Notes: generated by a model not told the origin, from the sequence alone. A stretch of 12,364 nucleotides of DNA from an archaeon (GCA_024275415.1 JAJRZD010000062.1:1-12364), one strand, 5' to 3'. Numbered from the stretch's first letter, positions 1 through 7,960 are shown. A program made the numbers and translations.

Positions 1-69
1 ACAGAAACAGGGCAGGAGGGGTCAGAGAACGGTACGAGCCAACCCTCATCGAATGTCAATGATGAATAG
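1..69 (+). CDS. Possible 3' end of a gene entering from the left (TETGQEGSENGTSQPSSNVNDE*)
   Basis: Frame +1 is open from base 1 to TAG at 67-69, the DNA is purine-rich, and the peptide resembles a disordered acidic tail. It would overlap pepQ convergently by 24 nt. An alternative minus-strand start at 49 is also possible. Confidence 0.3.
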   Translation, partial: TETGQEGSENGTSQPSSNVNDE

Positions 70-1158
70 ATCCTTTGGGGAATAAGTCAGGACTTCAAGA
101 CCATCGGATGTTATTGCAGCAAGATCCTCAATGCGCACTCCGAATTTGCCTTCAAGATAGATTCCTGGCTCGATGCTGTGAGTCATACCCTGCTCAAGAA
201 CCTGTGAGTTTCCTCTAACTAGATAAGGAGGTTCGTGGACTTCCAGCCCAATCCCGTGTCCCAGACGATGTGTAAAGTACTCGCCATAGCCAGCCTCTTG
301 GATTACTTTCCGGGCAAAACCATCAGCAGCCCCACATGCTGTTCCAGGGCCAATCCGCTCAATCGCGGTTTCAAGGGCATGGAGGACGATAGAATGGATC
401 CGTTTCTGTTCATCGGTGGGCTCGCCAACCACGCCCACCCTTGTCATGTCGGTGTGATATCCAGCAATTGTGCACCCGCAGTCCATCAGAACCATGTTCC
501 CAGGGCGTAATTCTGAATCACCCGATCTAGCATGGGGTAACGCAGTGTTCTTGTCAAACTGGATCGCGGCGAAAGTCTGGGAGGCACCATGACAAGCAAT
601 CTCATTCAGAACCACCTGTCTTACTTCTAATTCGGTCATTCCGACGGAAGCCTGCTGAAAGGCATTCATGACCGCCTTGTCAATAATCTTGCCAGCTTCT
701 TTCATCAACTTAATCTCGTCGTTGCTTTTGACCTGACGCATCCTTTCGAGATAGGGCGTAAGCGAGTCAAAATGGTCAATCCCTCCAAGCTTCTGGGCTA
801 GGCGCCTGAAAATCCCCAGAGGCAATGTGTCATCAAGAAGCACTCTGACACCATCTGTTCTCTTTCCAATGAAATCTGCAATGATATTATAGGGGTTCTC
901 ATCCTCATTCCATGGAACTATCTCTCGAATCCAAGTGTTCCTAGCATGATCCGAGGTTTCGAATGCAGGAACAATGATACATGGGTCATCGTCAGGTCTG
1001 ACGAGCAAGGCGACCAGTCGTTCATGCATTTCGTAAGCATAGCCTGTAAGATACTGATAGTTGGGAGAAGGAGTAATAAAAGCAAAATCAGCATTTTTTC
1101 TCTGGACTAGATTTCGTATCTCGTCAAGTCTTCTTCGGAAAACATTTTCTTCAAGCAT
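46..1158 (-). CDS. pepQ: Xaa-Pro aminopeptidase/dipeptidase, M24B family (creatinase-like N-domain plus pita-bread catalytic domain)
   Basis: 370-aa ORF with ATG start. All five metal ligands are in canonical contexts (MDCG, TDMTRV, HRLGHGIGLEVHE, EPGIY, GVRIED), plus the ALPH substrate His and the 'RQVKSNDEIKLMKEA' linker. The aminopeptidase versus prolidase subtype is not resolved. Confidence 0.93.
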   Translation of the reverse strand: MLEENVFRRRLDEIRNLVQRKNADFAFITPSPNYQYLTGYAYEMHERLVALLVRPDDDPCIIVPAFETSDHARNTWIREIVPWNEDENPYNIIADFIGKRTDGVRVLLDDTLPLGIFRRLAQKLGGIDHFDSLTPYLERMRQVKSNDEIKLMKEAGKIIDKAVMNAFQQASVGMTELEVRQVVLNEIACHGASQTFAAIQFDKNTALPHARSGDSELRPGNMVLMDCGCTIAGYHTDMTRVGVVGEPTDEQKRIHSIVLHALETAIERIGPGTACGAADGFARKVIQEAGYGEYFTHRLGHGIGLEVHEPPYLVRGNSQVLEQGMTHSIEPGIYLEGKFGVRIEDLAAITSDGLEVLTYSPKDLFIIDIR

Positions 1159-1273
1159 ATTTCAGCTCTCACTATATTCAATTATGTCAGATAGCTCTTG
1201 ATAATCTCTGTGGTTCCGAGTGTTAGTTCCTCAGAAGATGCATATATAGGGAAAAACAATCTCGGACATTCTT

Positions 1274-1280
1274 GTGAGGT
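1274..1280 (+). promoter_or_regulatory. Shine-Dalgarno-like site (GTGAGGT) for the MFS gene
   Basis: GAGGT ends 9 nt before the TTG at 1290, supporting that start. Confidence 0.55.
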
Positions 1281-1289
1281 ATTGGACAT

Positions 1290-2669
1290 TTGCAAAGACC
1301 GACTGATACCAACTACGACAGACTGCCTCCAAGCGTATATCTCGTGGGTGCTCTGACACGATTTGCGGTGGGTTTGCACGGGCCTTTTCTTAATACCTAC
1401 CTGCTGGATATGGGTGCGAATTACGCAGAACTAGGGGCATTCAGGAGCGTTGGGAATATCGCGCCGACCATCCTTCAGCCAGCATGGGGTGCGTCTTCGG
1501 ATAAACTCGGTTCCAATAAAGCATTCGTTGCATTTGGTACATTGTCAGGATTGTTCATGGTTCTCCTCTTCCTATGGGCTGAAACTCCCATACACATGAT
1601 CGTCATGTACGGCATCCAATCAGTCCTTTTCAGTATTCAAATCCCGACATGGCAATCCCTTATTGGCGGTTTGATTAGCGATAAGAATAGAGGCGACGAG
1701 TTAGGCAAGCTTGGAGTTGTCACAAACTTTGCATCACTGATAGCAACATTGGTTTCAGGGTTCTTGGCAGGATACCCGATTCTCGTGTCTGTGATCCGAG
1801 CAGGGCTCGGAGATATCGGAATCATCCTATTCCCTCCAGTTGATGCATGGAGAGAAGCTTACTACATTCCTTTCTACCTCACTGCAATTGTTGGCATTAT
1901 AGCATCGCTCCTATCCATAAGGATACGTGAAAAATCGATGTCATCTGATAAGAAGCGGGAATTCCCTCCAATCTTTGAAATCCTAGCTAGGCCGGGATAT
2001 TTCAGACGCTTTGCCTTTGTTGCGGTCTTCTTCTCATTTGCAATGTCCATGGCATGGCCGTATTTCATCGTGGTGCAAAGAGAGTGGCTGAGTAACTCTT
2101 TGTTCGAGATTGCAATTGCCTCGGCGATAATGACCATCTCAATCGTAGCGTTCTCGATCCCATTAGGACAGCTCAGTGATAGAGTTGGAAGGAAGCCACT
2201 TATCCTGATAGGAAGAAGTCTACTGTTCGTGATTCCACTTACATATGCTCTCGCAATACCAATCTCTACGTTCCTGTCCATCCCAGGTGTCTGGGTAATA
2301 TATGGTGCTAATGCCCTTGCAGGATTCTGCATCGCAGCCTCTATGAATGCGATAACAGCATACATATACGATGTCGCGCCAGAAGAAGAAAGGGGAGCAC
2401 ATCTCTCAGTGTACAATACTTTTACTGGAATCATCTACTTGGTCGGATCGCTGATTGCAGGACTTGTTGGCGAAGCTCTTTCATTGATAATCGGGGATTA
2501 CATCGCCGTCTTCTTGATGCTTATGGCAAGTGCAATTCTAAGATTGATTGCATCATTCTTCTACCTGCTTATTCGAGAGCCTAAGACATACACATCAACT
2601 ATCTGGAAAGAGCTTAGAATGTTTATCCAGAACAAAAGACATGACACGGATCTCATCCAGGCTCGGTGA
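1290..2669 (+). CDS. Major facilitator superfamily transporter (MFS_1, about 12 TM; substrate unknown)
   Basis: 459-aa hydrophobic ORF with two MFS motif-A copies (ASSDKLGSNK; LSDRVGRKPL), 'DRGDELG' and 'EERGAHLSVY' loops, and a central hydrophilic loop. TTG start with an upstream SD. Confidence 0.92.
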   Translation: MQRPTDTNYDRLPPSVYLVGALTRFAVGLHGPFLNTYLLDMGANYAELGAFRSVGNIAPTILQPAWGASSDKLGSNKAFVAFGTLSGLFMVLLFLWAETPIHMIVMYGIQSVLFSIQIPTWQSLIGGLISDKNRGDELGKLGVVTNFASLIATLVSGFLAGYPILVSVIRAGLGDIGIILFPPVDAWREAYYIPFYLTAIVGIIASLLSIRIREKSMSSDKKREFPPIFEILARPGYFRRFAFVAVFFSFAMSMAWPYFIVVQREWLSNSLFEIAIASAIMTISIVAFSIPLGQLSDRVGRKPLILIGRSLLFVIPLTYALAIPISTFLSIPGVWVIYGANALAGFCIAASMNAITAYIYDVAPEEERGAHLSVYNTFTGIIYLVGSLIAGLVGEALSLIIGDYIAVFLMLMASAILRLIASFFYLLIREPKTYTSTIWKELRMFIQNKRHDTDLIQAR

Positions 2670-2728
2670 TGGGCAGACTTAAAGACTGCACAGCCTCCTA
2701 ATGGTTCCTTGCACAGGGGTATGGCTGC

Positions 2729-3082
2729 TTGAAGAAGACACAAAGCTTCGAGGAAGGATGGAAAATCGAGATTAGGAGAGGGCTTCTTCAGTATGCAGTG
2801 CTTGCCATTGTCAGACGCCATGAAAAGGGCATTCATGGCTATGGAATCGCCAGAGAATTGGCAGAAAAGACTGATGGTCTTTTGGAGGTCAAAGAAGGGA
2901 CACTATACCCTATCCTTCATAGACTGAAGAAAGAAAGATTGCTCAACGACCGAACTGAGAAGTCTGATGCGGGACCTACTAGGAAAGTGTATGTCCTAAC
3001 AGGTGAAGGAGACCGAGTGTATAGGGAACTGTCCTTCATTCTTGGCGAAATGCTGGAAAAATTGGAGGTTCTAAAAGGATGA
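2729..3082 (+). CDS. PadR-family winged-helix transcriptional regulator
   Basis: Hallmarks IRRGLLQYAVL, HGYGIAREL, EGTLYPILHRLKKE, GPTRKVYVLT.EG. TTG start 8 nt after AGGGGT. Confidence 0.93.
   Translation: MKKTQSFEEGWKIEIRRGLLQYAVLAIVRRHEKGIHGYGIARELAEKTDGLLEVKEGTLYPILHRLKKERLLNDRTEKSDAGPTRKVYVLTGEGDRVYRELSFILGEMLEKLEVLKG
3064..3069 (+). promoter_or_regulatory. Shine-Dalgarno site (GGAGGT) inside the padR 3' end, with ATGA stop/start overlap at 3079-3082
   Basis: GGAGGT lies 9 nt upstream of ATG 3079. The padR TGA and the next ATG share the tetranucleotide ATGA. Confidence 0.75.
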
Positions 3083-3558
3083 AAGAAAAAGCGACAACTG
3101 GAATGATAGAGGATTATCTAAAACTGGTTCGAAAAGCCCTTCCAGACTCGTTCGAAACAGATGATCTGATAGACGAAATCAGGGCACACATTATGGAATC
3201 GCTCAATGATAAACAGCAGAGAAACCCAGAAGCAGATTCCACTGCTCTTCTCGGTGAGGTGCTCTCGTCATTGGGAGAGCCTGAAGAAATAGCGTTCGAA
3301 TGGGGAAAAATTCAGGAACATGATGAGATTGATGATGCAGATACAGGGAAAATCCGGAACATTATAATCAAGCAAACAATTGCAATAGTGGCGGTAGTTG
3401 GGGCTGCATGGTTTGTTTCATCTCTACCAAACAGCATAGTCGATTTCTGGACAGCACTGGTTGTCCTTATGCTATTTGTTGTTGCCGAGTATGTTCTACG
3501 AAATTGGCAGAAGACCGAGGTTAAACGGATCAATGCTGATGTGAGTAAAAAATACTAA
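3079..3558 (+). CDS. HAAS-domain (DUF1700-like) membrane protein with two C-terminal TM helices
   Basis: The N-terminus IEDYLKLVRKALP...DDLIDEIRAHIMESL...EVLSSLGEPEEIAFEW fits the pattern YL..L...L/ E...H..E/ LG.P.E.A of HTH-associated helical domains that follow PadR genes. Two hydrophobic helices follow (TIAIVAVVGAAWFV; FWTALVVLMLFVVAEYVL). Confidence 0.8.
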   Translation: MKEKATTGMIEDYLKLVRKALPDSFETDDLIDEIRAHIMESLNDKQQRNPEADSTALLGEVLSSLGEPEEIAFEWGKIQEHDEIDDADTGKIRNIIIKQTIAIVAVVGAAWFVSSLPNSIVDFWTALVVLMLFVVAEYVLRNWQKTEVKRINADVSKKY

Positions 3559-3582
3559 AGGAAGGAATTCAATCGGAGTGCC

Positions 3583-4149
3583 ATGGAAATTCGCACAAAG
3601 TACTTTCCTGAAGCATCCCAAGACCTGACATCAGAAGTGCTGAAAGAAGTAAAGTCATTTTTGAAAACCTATACTGATATTGAGGATATCGTAGTAGCGA
3701 CAACAAAAGGACCAACCGGTGTTGCCTTCGCTAGGGAGTTTGGCCCTCGGTCAATAATAGTGACACACCACACAGGGTTCAGAAAACCGAACTATAACGA
3801 GATAAACCCCGAGATGAAAGAACAGATAAGAGATCTTGGAGCCAGAATCCTCACAACGACACACGCATTTGCTGGTGTTGCCAGAGGGATCAGGAATGCA
3901 CTGAATACCTATTCGACCACTGAGATTCTTGCCTATGCCTATCGAACCTTTGGGCAAGGAACAAAGGTGTGTGCTGAGATAGCAATGATGGCTGCAGATG
4001 CTGGGCTAGTGCCTGTTGATAGGGATGTGATATGTGTAGGAGGCACTGGCTATGGGGCAGATACCGCATGGTTGGTTCGACCTACAAACACGAACACATT
4101 TACGAGTCTCAAGATGCGCGCATGTATTTGCAAACCATTAGAGTTTTAG
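3583..4149 (+). CDS. Pyruvate-kinase C-terminal-like (MTH1675/AF0103-type) conserved protein, probable flavin-binding
   Basis: 188 aa with IVVATTKGPTG, IVTHHTGF, LTTTHAFAGVARGI, FGQGTKVCAEIAMMAADAGLVP, VICVGGTGYGADTA and ICKP, which I recognise as this archaeal/anaerobe family. GGAGTG precedes the ATG. Confidence 0.82.
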   Translation: MEIRTKYFPEASQDLTSEVLKEVKSFLKTYTDIEDIVVATTKGPTGVAFAREFGPRSIIVTHHTGFRKPNYNEINPEMKEQIRDLGARILTTTHAFAGVARGIRNALNTYSTTEILAYAYRTFGQGTKVCAEIAMMAADAGLVPVDRDVICVGGTGYGADTAWLVRPTNTNTFTSLKMRACICKPLEF

Positions 4150-5180
4150 AGCGACAACTCACTCAGCTGCGCGAGAATTCTCTGTTGTTCTTTCGTGGGT
4201 TTCTCAGGGATCTTTATCTCGACACGAACTAACTGGTCGCCCTTACGACCATCATTGGTGTGAACACCCTTGTGTCGCATCCGTAGGACAGTGCCCCCTT
4301 TGGTGCCCTTCTTTATCTTCAATTTGCTTACGCCCCACATTGTAGGAACTTCAACCTCACCTCCAAGAACAGCGACAGAATATGGAATCTCCATTTCAAG
4401 GAACACATGTAATCCCTTTCGCACGAACTGATCATGTTCTTCGACCTCGAAGACAATGATGAGGTCTCCAGGTGGACCTCCCCGGGGCCCTGCATTCCCG
4501 CCTCCACGGATCTTATGCATCATTCCATCCTCGATTCCAGGTGGAAGCGGAAGTTTCAATTCTTTCCGAGTTGTTTCAAGACCAGTCCCTCGACATTTCT
4601 TGCAGGGGGATTCTATGGTCTGACCCATACCGTGGCAAGCCGGGCAGGTCTGTGATACATGCATGAATCCGCCCATTGATCGGACGACCTGACCTTGTCC
4701 GCCGCATGTCCTACAGCGTACTGGTGAGGTGCCAGGTTTTGCCCCAGAACCACCACAGGTAGTACAGGGTGTTTTTTGTTTGAACGCAATCTCCTTCTCA
4801 ACGCCAAAGAATGCTTCCTCGAATGTCAGCCTGATACGTATTCGTAAGGACTCGCCCAGAGGAGGGCCTCTCTGAGAGAAGCCCCGTCCCATACCGCCGA
4901 AGCCGAACCCTCTGAAGAATTGCTCGAAGATAGAACCGAAACCGTCCATATCAATCCCTTCGAAATCGGCGGTTCCATATCTATCGTAGTTGGCTCTCTT
5001 TTCGGGGTCGCTGAGCACATCATATGCTTCATTCACCCGTTTGAGTTTCTCTTCTGCATTCTTGTCAGGATTGCGATCGGGATGAAGTTCCCTGGCCAGC
5101 TTTCTATAGGCTTTTCTGATTTCATCTTGTGTGGCGTTCCTACTAACGCCGAGGATTTCATAATAGTCATCTACTGCCAA
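4146..5180 (-). CDS. dnaJ: Class A DnaJ co-chaperone (Hsp40)
   Basis: J-domain with HPD (LHPDRNP), G/F-rich linker, four CxxCxGxG zinc repeats (CTTCGGSG, CRTCGGQG, CPACHGMG, CKKCRGTG) and C-terminal GPPGDL/GKKGDQLV-type motifs. TTG start 5 nt after GGTGAT. Confidence 0.97.
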   Translation of the reverse strand: MAVDDYYEILGVSRNATQDEIRKAYRKLARELHPDRNPDKNAEEKLKRVNEAYDVLSDPEKRANYDRYGTADFEGIDMDGFGSIFEQFFRGFGFGGMGRGFSQRGPPLGESLRIRIRLTFEEAFFGVEKEIAFKQKTPCTTCGGSGAKPGTSPVRCRTCGGQGQVVRSMGGFMHVSQTCPACHGMGQTIESPCKKCRGTGLETTRKELKLPLPPGIEDGMMHKIRGGGNAGPRGGPPGDLIIVFEVEEHDQFVRKGLHVFLEMEIPYSVAVLGGEVEVPTMWGVSKLKIKKGTKGGTVLRMRHKGVHTNDGRKGDQLVRVEIKIPEKPTKEQQRILAQLSELSL

Positions 5181-5185
5181 GGAAC

Positions 5186-5191
5186 ATCACC
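5186..5191 (-). promoter_or_regulatory. Archaeal-type SD (GGTGAT) for dnaJ
   Basis: Plus-strand ATCACC. The minus strand reads GGTGAT-GTTCC-TTG. Confidence 0.7.
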
Positions 5192-5199
5192 GATTTTTA

Positions 5200-7089
5200 C
5201 TATTCTAGATCCTCGAAGTCTACGTCAACGACATCCTCGTCGGACACATCTTTTTTGGTACTACTGGTAGCAGCCTTTGATGGGTCGAATCCCATTTGGG
5301 ACGGGTCAAAGCCCATCTGAGAAGGATCAAAACCAGCCCCTGCACCTTGGGCTGCATAGACTTTCTCTGCAATCTTGTGGAGTATCTTCTCCAGCTCGTC
5401 CTTCTGAGTCTTCATCTTCCCATAGTCATCAGCCTTGACAGCGGCATTAAGGGACTCGATCTTTGACTCAGCCTCAGACTTGAGATCAGCAGGCACTTTC
5501 TCGCCCATGTCCTTGAGGAGCTTCTCCGTTTGATAGATCATATTCTCAGCACCTACCTTTATCTCAATCTGCTCCTTCCGCTTCCGGTCTTCCTCAGCGT
5601 ACTTCTCAGCGTCTTTCACCATCTGCTCTACTTGTTCTGGGGTCAGGTTCGTCGAAGCGGTGATAGTGATGGACTGCTTCTTCCCGGTTGCTTTGTCCTC
5701 AGCACTCACATTGACGATACCATTAGCATCTATGTCAAAAGTAACCTCAATCTTTGGTACACCTCTTGGAGCAGGTGGAATCCCATCAAGTCTGAACTTG
5801 CCAAGTGTCATATTTTGGTTTGCCATAGGACGTTCTCCCTGAACGACATGGATGTCCACTGCGGTTTGATTGTCCTCGGCGGTAGTGAATATCTTGCTCT
5901 TTCGAGTTGGGATGGTCGTGTTCCTTTCAATCAGAGGAGTTGCTACCCCGTGAAGTGTTTCGATGCTTAGGGTGAGCGGAGTGACATCTAGGAGGAGGAT
6001 ATCGCCTCTTTCGCCTGACAGCACGCCGGCCTGTGCGGCAGCACCAAGCGCCACTACCTCGTCAGGGTTAACACTCTTGTCACCCTCTTTCCCGAACATC
6101 GCCCTGATGACGTTCTGGATCATAGGCATCCGTGTGGCACCACCAACAAGCAGGATCTTCTCTATCTGTTCAGGCTCCAACTTGGCATCTGAAAGCGCCT
6201 GACGAATAGGTCCAAGTGTCGCCTGTACCAAGTCCTCCGTCATCTTCTCAAATTGAGAACGAGTCAAATCCAGATTGATGTGTTTTGGTCCTGTTGCATC
6301 AGCTGTGATATAGGGCAAATTGATGTTGGTTTGCATGACCGTGCTTAACTCTATCTTGGCCTGCTCGGCTGCATCTCGGATACGTTGCATTGCTGAGAGG
6401 TCACTCGTGAGATCTATACCAGTTTCCTTCTTGAATTCCTCGACAACCCAGTTGATGATGCGATTGTCCCAGTCATCTCCACCCAGACGTGTGTTTCCGC
6501 TTGTAGCCAGCACCTGATAAACGGTTTCGTCGTCCTCCTTTCCGATGTCCAGAATAGTGACATCGAATGTGCCACCTCCAAGGTCATAGACAAGAGTCTT
6601 GACCTCTTGGACTCGCTCAAAGTTGTATGCAAGCGCTGAAGCAGTTGGCTCGTTGACAATACGTTCGACTTCGAAACCTGCAATCCTACCAGCATCACGA
6701 GTTGCCTGTCGCTGGCTATCGTTGAAATAGGCAGGAACCGTGATTACAGCCCTATTGATATCCTCACCCAAATAAGCTTCGGCATCACGCTTCAGCTTTG
6801 CAAGAATCATGGCTGAAATCTCCTGTGGAGTATATTCCTTGTCGCCAATCTTGACTTTGTAATCCTCACCCATGTGCCTCTTGATAGACCGCACAGTACG
6901 TTCAGGCATGGACACTGCTTGCCTCTTGGCAAGTTCGCCCACAACAATCTCGCCCTTTTGTGTTATGCCCACGACAGAAGGGGTCAAACGTTTGCCTTCT
7001 GCATTGGGTATGATTGTTGGCTTTCCGCCTTCCATATAGGCGATTCCACTATTGGTCGTTCCCAGATCGATTCCTACTATTTTAGACAT
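5200..7089 (-). CDS. dnaK: Chaperone DnaK (Hsp70)
   Basis: 629 aa with [67 protein letters not shown] and [16 protein letters not shown]. It ends in tandem stops TAG-TAA. Confidence 0.99.
   Translation of the reverse strand: MSKIVGIDLGTTNSGIAYMEGGKPTIIPNAEGKRLTPSVVGITQKGEIVVGELAKRQAVSMPERTVRSIKRHMGEDYKVKIGDKEYTPQEISAMILAKLKRDAEAYLGEDINRAVITVPAYFNDSQRQATRDAGRIAGFEVERIVNEPTASALAYNFERVQEVKTLVYDLGGGTFDVTILDIGKEDDETVYQVLATSGNTRLGGDDWDNRIINWVVEEFKKETGIDLTSDLSAMQRIRDAAEQAKIELSTVMQTNINLPYITADATGPKHINLDLTRSQFEKMTEDLVQATLGPIRQALSDAKLEPEQIEKILLVGGATRMPMIQNVIRAMFGKEGDKSVNPDEVVALGAAAQAGVLSGERGDILLLDVTPLTLSIETLHGVATPLIERNTTIPTRKSKIFTTAEDNQTAVDIHVVQGERPMANQNMTLGKFRLDGIPPAPRGVPKIEVTFDIDANGIVNVSAEDKATGKKQSITITASTNLTPEQVEQMVKDAEKYAEEDRKRKEQIEIKVGAENMIYQTEKLLKDMGEKVPADLKSEAESKIESLNAAVKADDYGKMKTQKDELEKILHKIAEKVYAAQGAGAGFDPSQMGFDPSQMGFDPSKAATSSTKKDVSDEDVVDVDFEDLE
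5275..5334 (-). repeat. Coding tandem repeat in the DnaK C-terminal tail: [20 protein letters not shown] (21-nt period)
   Basis: Codons read GGT TTT GAT CCT TCT CAG ATG / GGC TTT GAC CCG TCC CAA ATG / GGA TTC GAC CCA TCA AAG. Confidence 0.9.
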
Positions 7090-7757
7090 CAGATATCACC
7101 TTCGTTCTCCTTCTCGGATCCATTCGTTGTTTCTTCTTCGTCCACAGTTGATGCTCCGTTTGGTTGTGTTACAGGTTCTGGATGACGATTTACGCAGACC
7201 ATTGCAGGTCGGAGCACTTTCTCACGAAGCATGTAACCTTTCTGGTATTCCTGAACAACGGTCTTGTCAGGTGTATTCGTGTCATTGATCGTGTTTATCG
7301 CATGCTGATAATACGGGTCAAATTCCTTTCCGACTGACTCGATAGGTCGAACTTGCTCGTTCTGTAACAGCTTCTCGACCTGCCTATAGATTGCAGCAAT
7401 TCCTTCTTTTGCAGCATTCGGGTCTGCCGTGAAATCGGTATCCAAAGCACGCTGCAGATTATCTACAACATCAAGAATCTTCAGGAGGAGCGTTTCGCTG
7501 GCATACTGAGATAATTCCTCGAATCTGGCGTTCATCCTTTTTCGGTAATTGTCAAATTCTGCCTGAAGTCGTAGATATCGGTCATATAATTCGTCGTATG
7601 TTTCTTTCTGGTCGTCCTTTTCAGTAGGTGCTTCAGAACCATCGGTACTCTCAGATGTATGTTCATCTTCAAGTTCGACAGACATTTCCTGCATCTCTTC
7701 TTCGGCACCATTAGTCGAATCGCTGCTTTCTTTGTTGTCTTTGTGCTCGTCATTCAT
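7089..7757 (-). CDS. grpE: Nucleotide exchange factor GrpE
   Basis: [41 protein letters not shown] and [16 protein letters not shown] motifs. Its TGA overlaps the dnaK ATG by 1 nt (TGATG). Confidence 0.97.
   Translation of the reverse strand: MNDEHKDNKESSDSTNGAEEEMQEMSVELEDEHTSESTDGSEAPTEKDDQKETYDELYDRYLRLQAEFDNYRKRMNARFEELSQYASETLLLKILDVVDNLQRALDTDFTADPNAAKEGIAAIYRQVEKLLQNEQVRPIESVGKEFDPYYQHAINTINDTNTPDKTVVQEYQKGYMLREKVLRPAMVCVNRHPEPVTQPNGASTVDEEETTNGSEKENEGDI
7095..7100 (-). promoter_or_regulatory. Archaeal-type SD (GGTGAT) for dnaK, encoded within the last codons of grpE
   Basis: The minus strand reads GAAGGTGAT-ATCTG-ATG, the same 5-nt spacing as at dnaJ. Confidence 0.75.
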
Positions 7758-7960
7758 TGTTCAAACACAACCTGCCTTTGACTGGATGGAATAGTATCAC
7801 ACAGAGAAACTGCTGAGCCAGACAAGGAGATTCATTTGTGACTCATTGAATCTTCCCTCAGTGACTCCACATTTTCAGGATATGAAAGTAAGAAAAAGCT
7901 TTCGACATGGTATCACAGACCGAAAGTGTCTTCTAATCTCGTTCCGCAACATGATGTGAT
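7758..7960. promoter_or_regulatory. Divergent promoter region for grpE-dnaK-dnaJ and the sirtuin
   Basis: 203-nt non-coding gap between head-to-head genes, with an AT-rich core (TATGAAAGTAAGAAAAAGCTTT, about 7881-7902). The exact TATA box and TSS are not resolvable by eye. Confidence 0.6.

Noticed and set aside
1264-1290. Direct repeat GGACATT (1264-1270, 1284-1290) upstream of the MFS gene as a PadR site
   Set aside because: Only 7 nt, not palindromic, and one copy overlaps the start codon. PadR-family sites are typically inverted repeats, and no ATGT-N8-ACAT-type dyad was found.
2667-2732. Selenocysteine recoding of the MFS UGA (some Asgard archaea use Sec)
   Set aside because: The UGA is at the natural end of a complete MFS fold, not at a redox Cys position, and the downstream fold lacks recognisable SECIS features.
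235-2836. Alternative ORFs over or beside pepQ and the MFS gene (235-510, 1182-1379, 1637-1825, 1874-2434, 2220-2402, 2561-2836)
   Set aside because: They overlap well-supported genes on the opposite strand and have no protein-family features.
4434-7288. Numerous antisense ORFs over dnaJ, dnaK and grpE (e.g. 4920-5270, 5530-5970, 5963-6202, 6320-6517, 6874-7185)
   Set aside because: They are shadows of highly conserved genes, fragmented by stops, with no recognisable motifs or SD sites. Long antisense frames opposite hsp70 genes are a known codon-bias by-product.
7838-7867. TGACTCA resembling a eukaryotic AP-1/GCN4 site
   Set aside because: No bZIP factor is expected in a prokaryote. It is retained only as an anonymous repeated motif.
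7758-7960. CIRCE (TTAGCACTC-N9-GAGTGCTAA), HAIR or CTAAC-N5-GTTAG heat-shock operators upstream of grpE
   Set aside because: Searched by eye on both strands and none is present.
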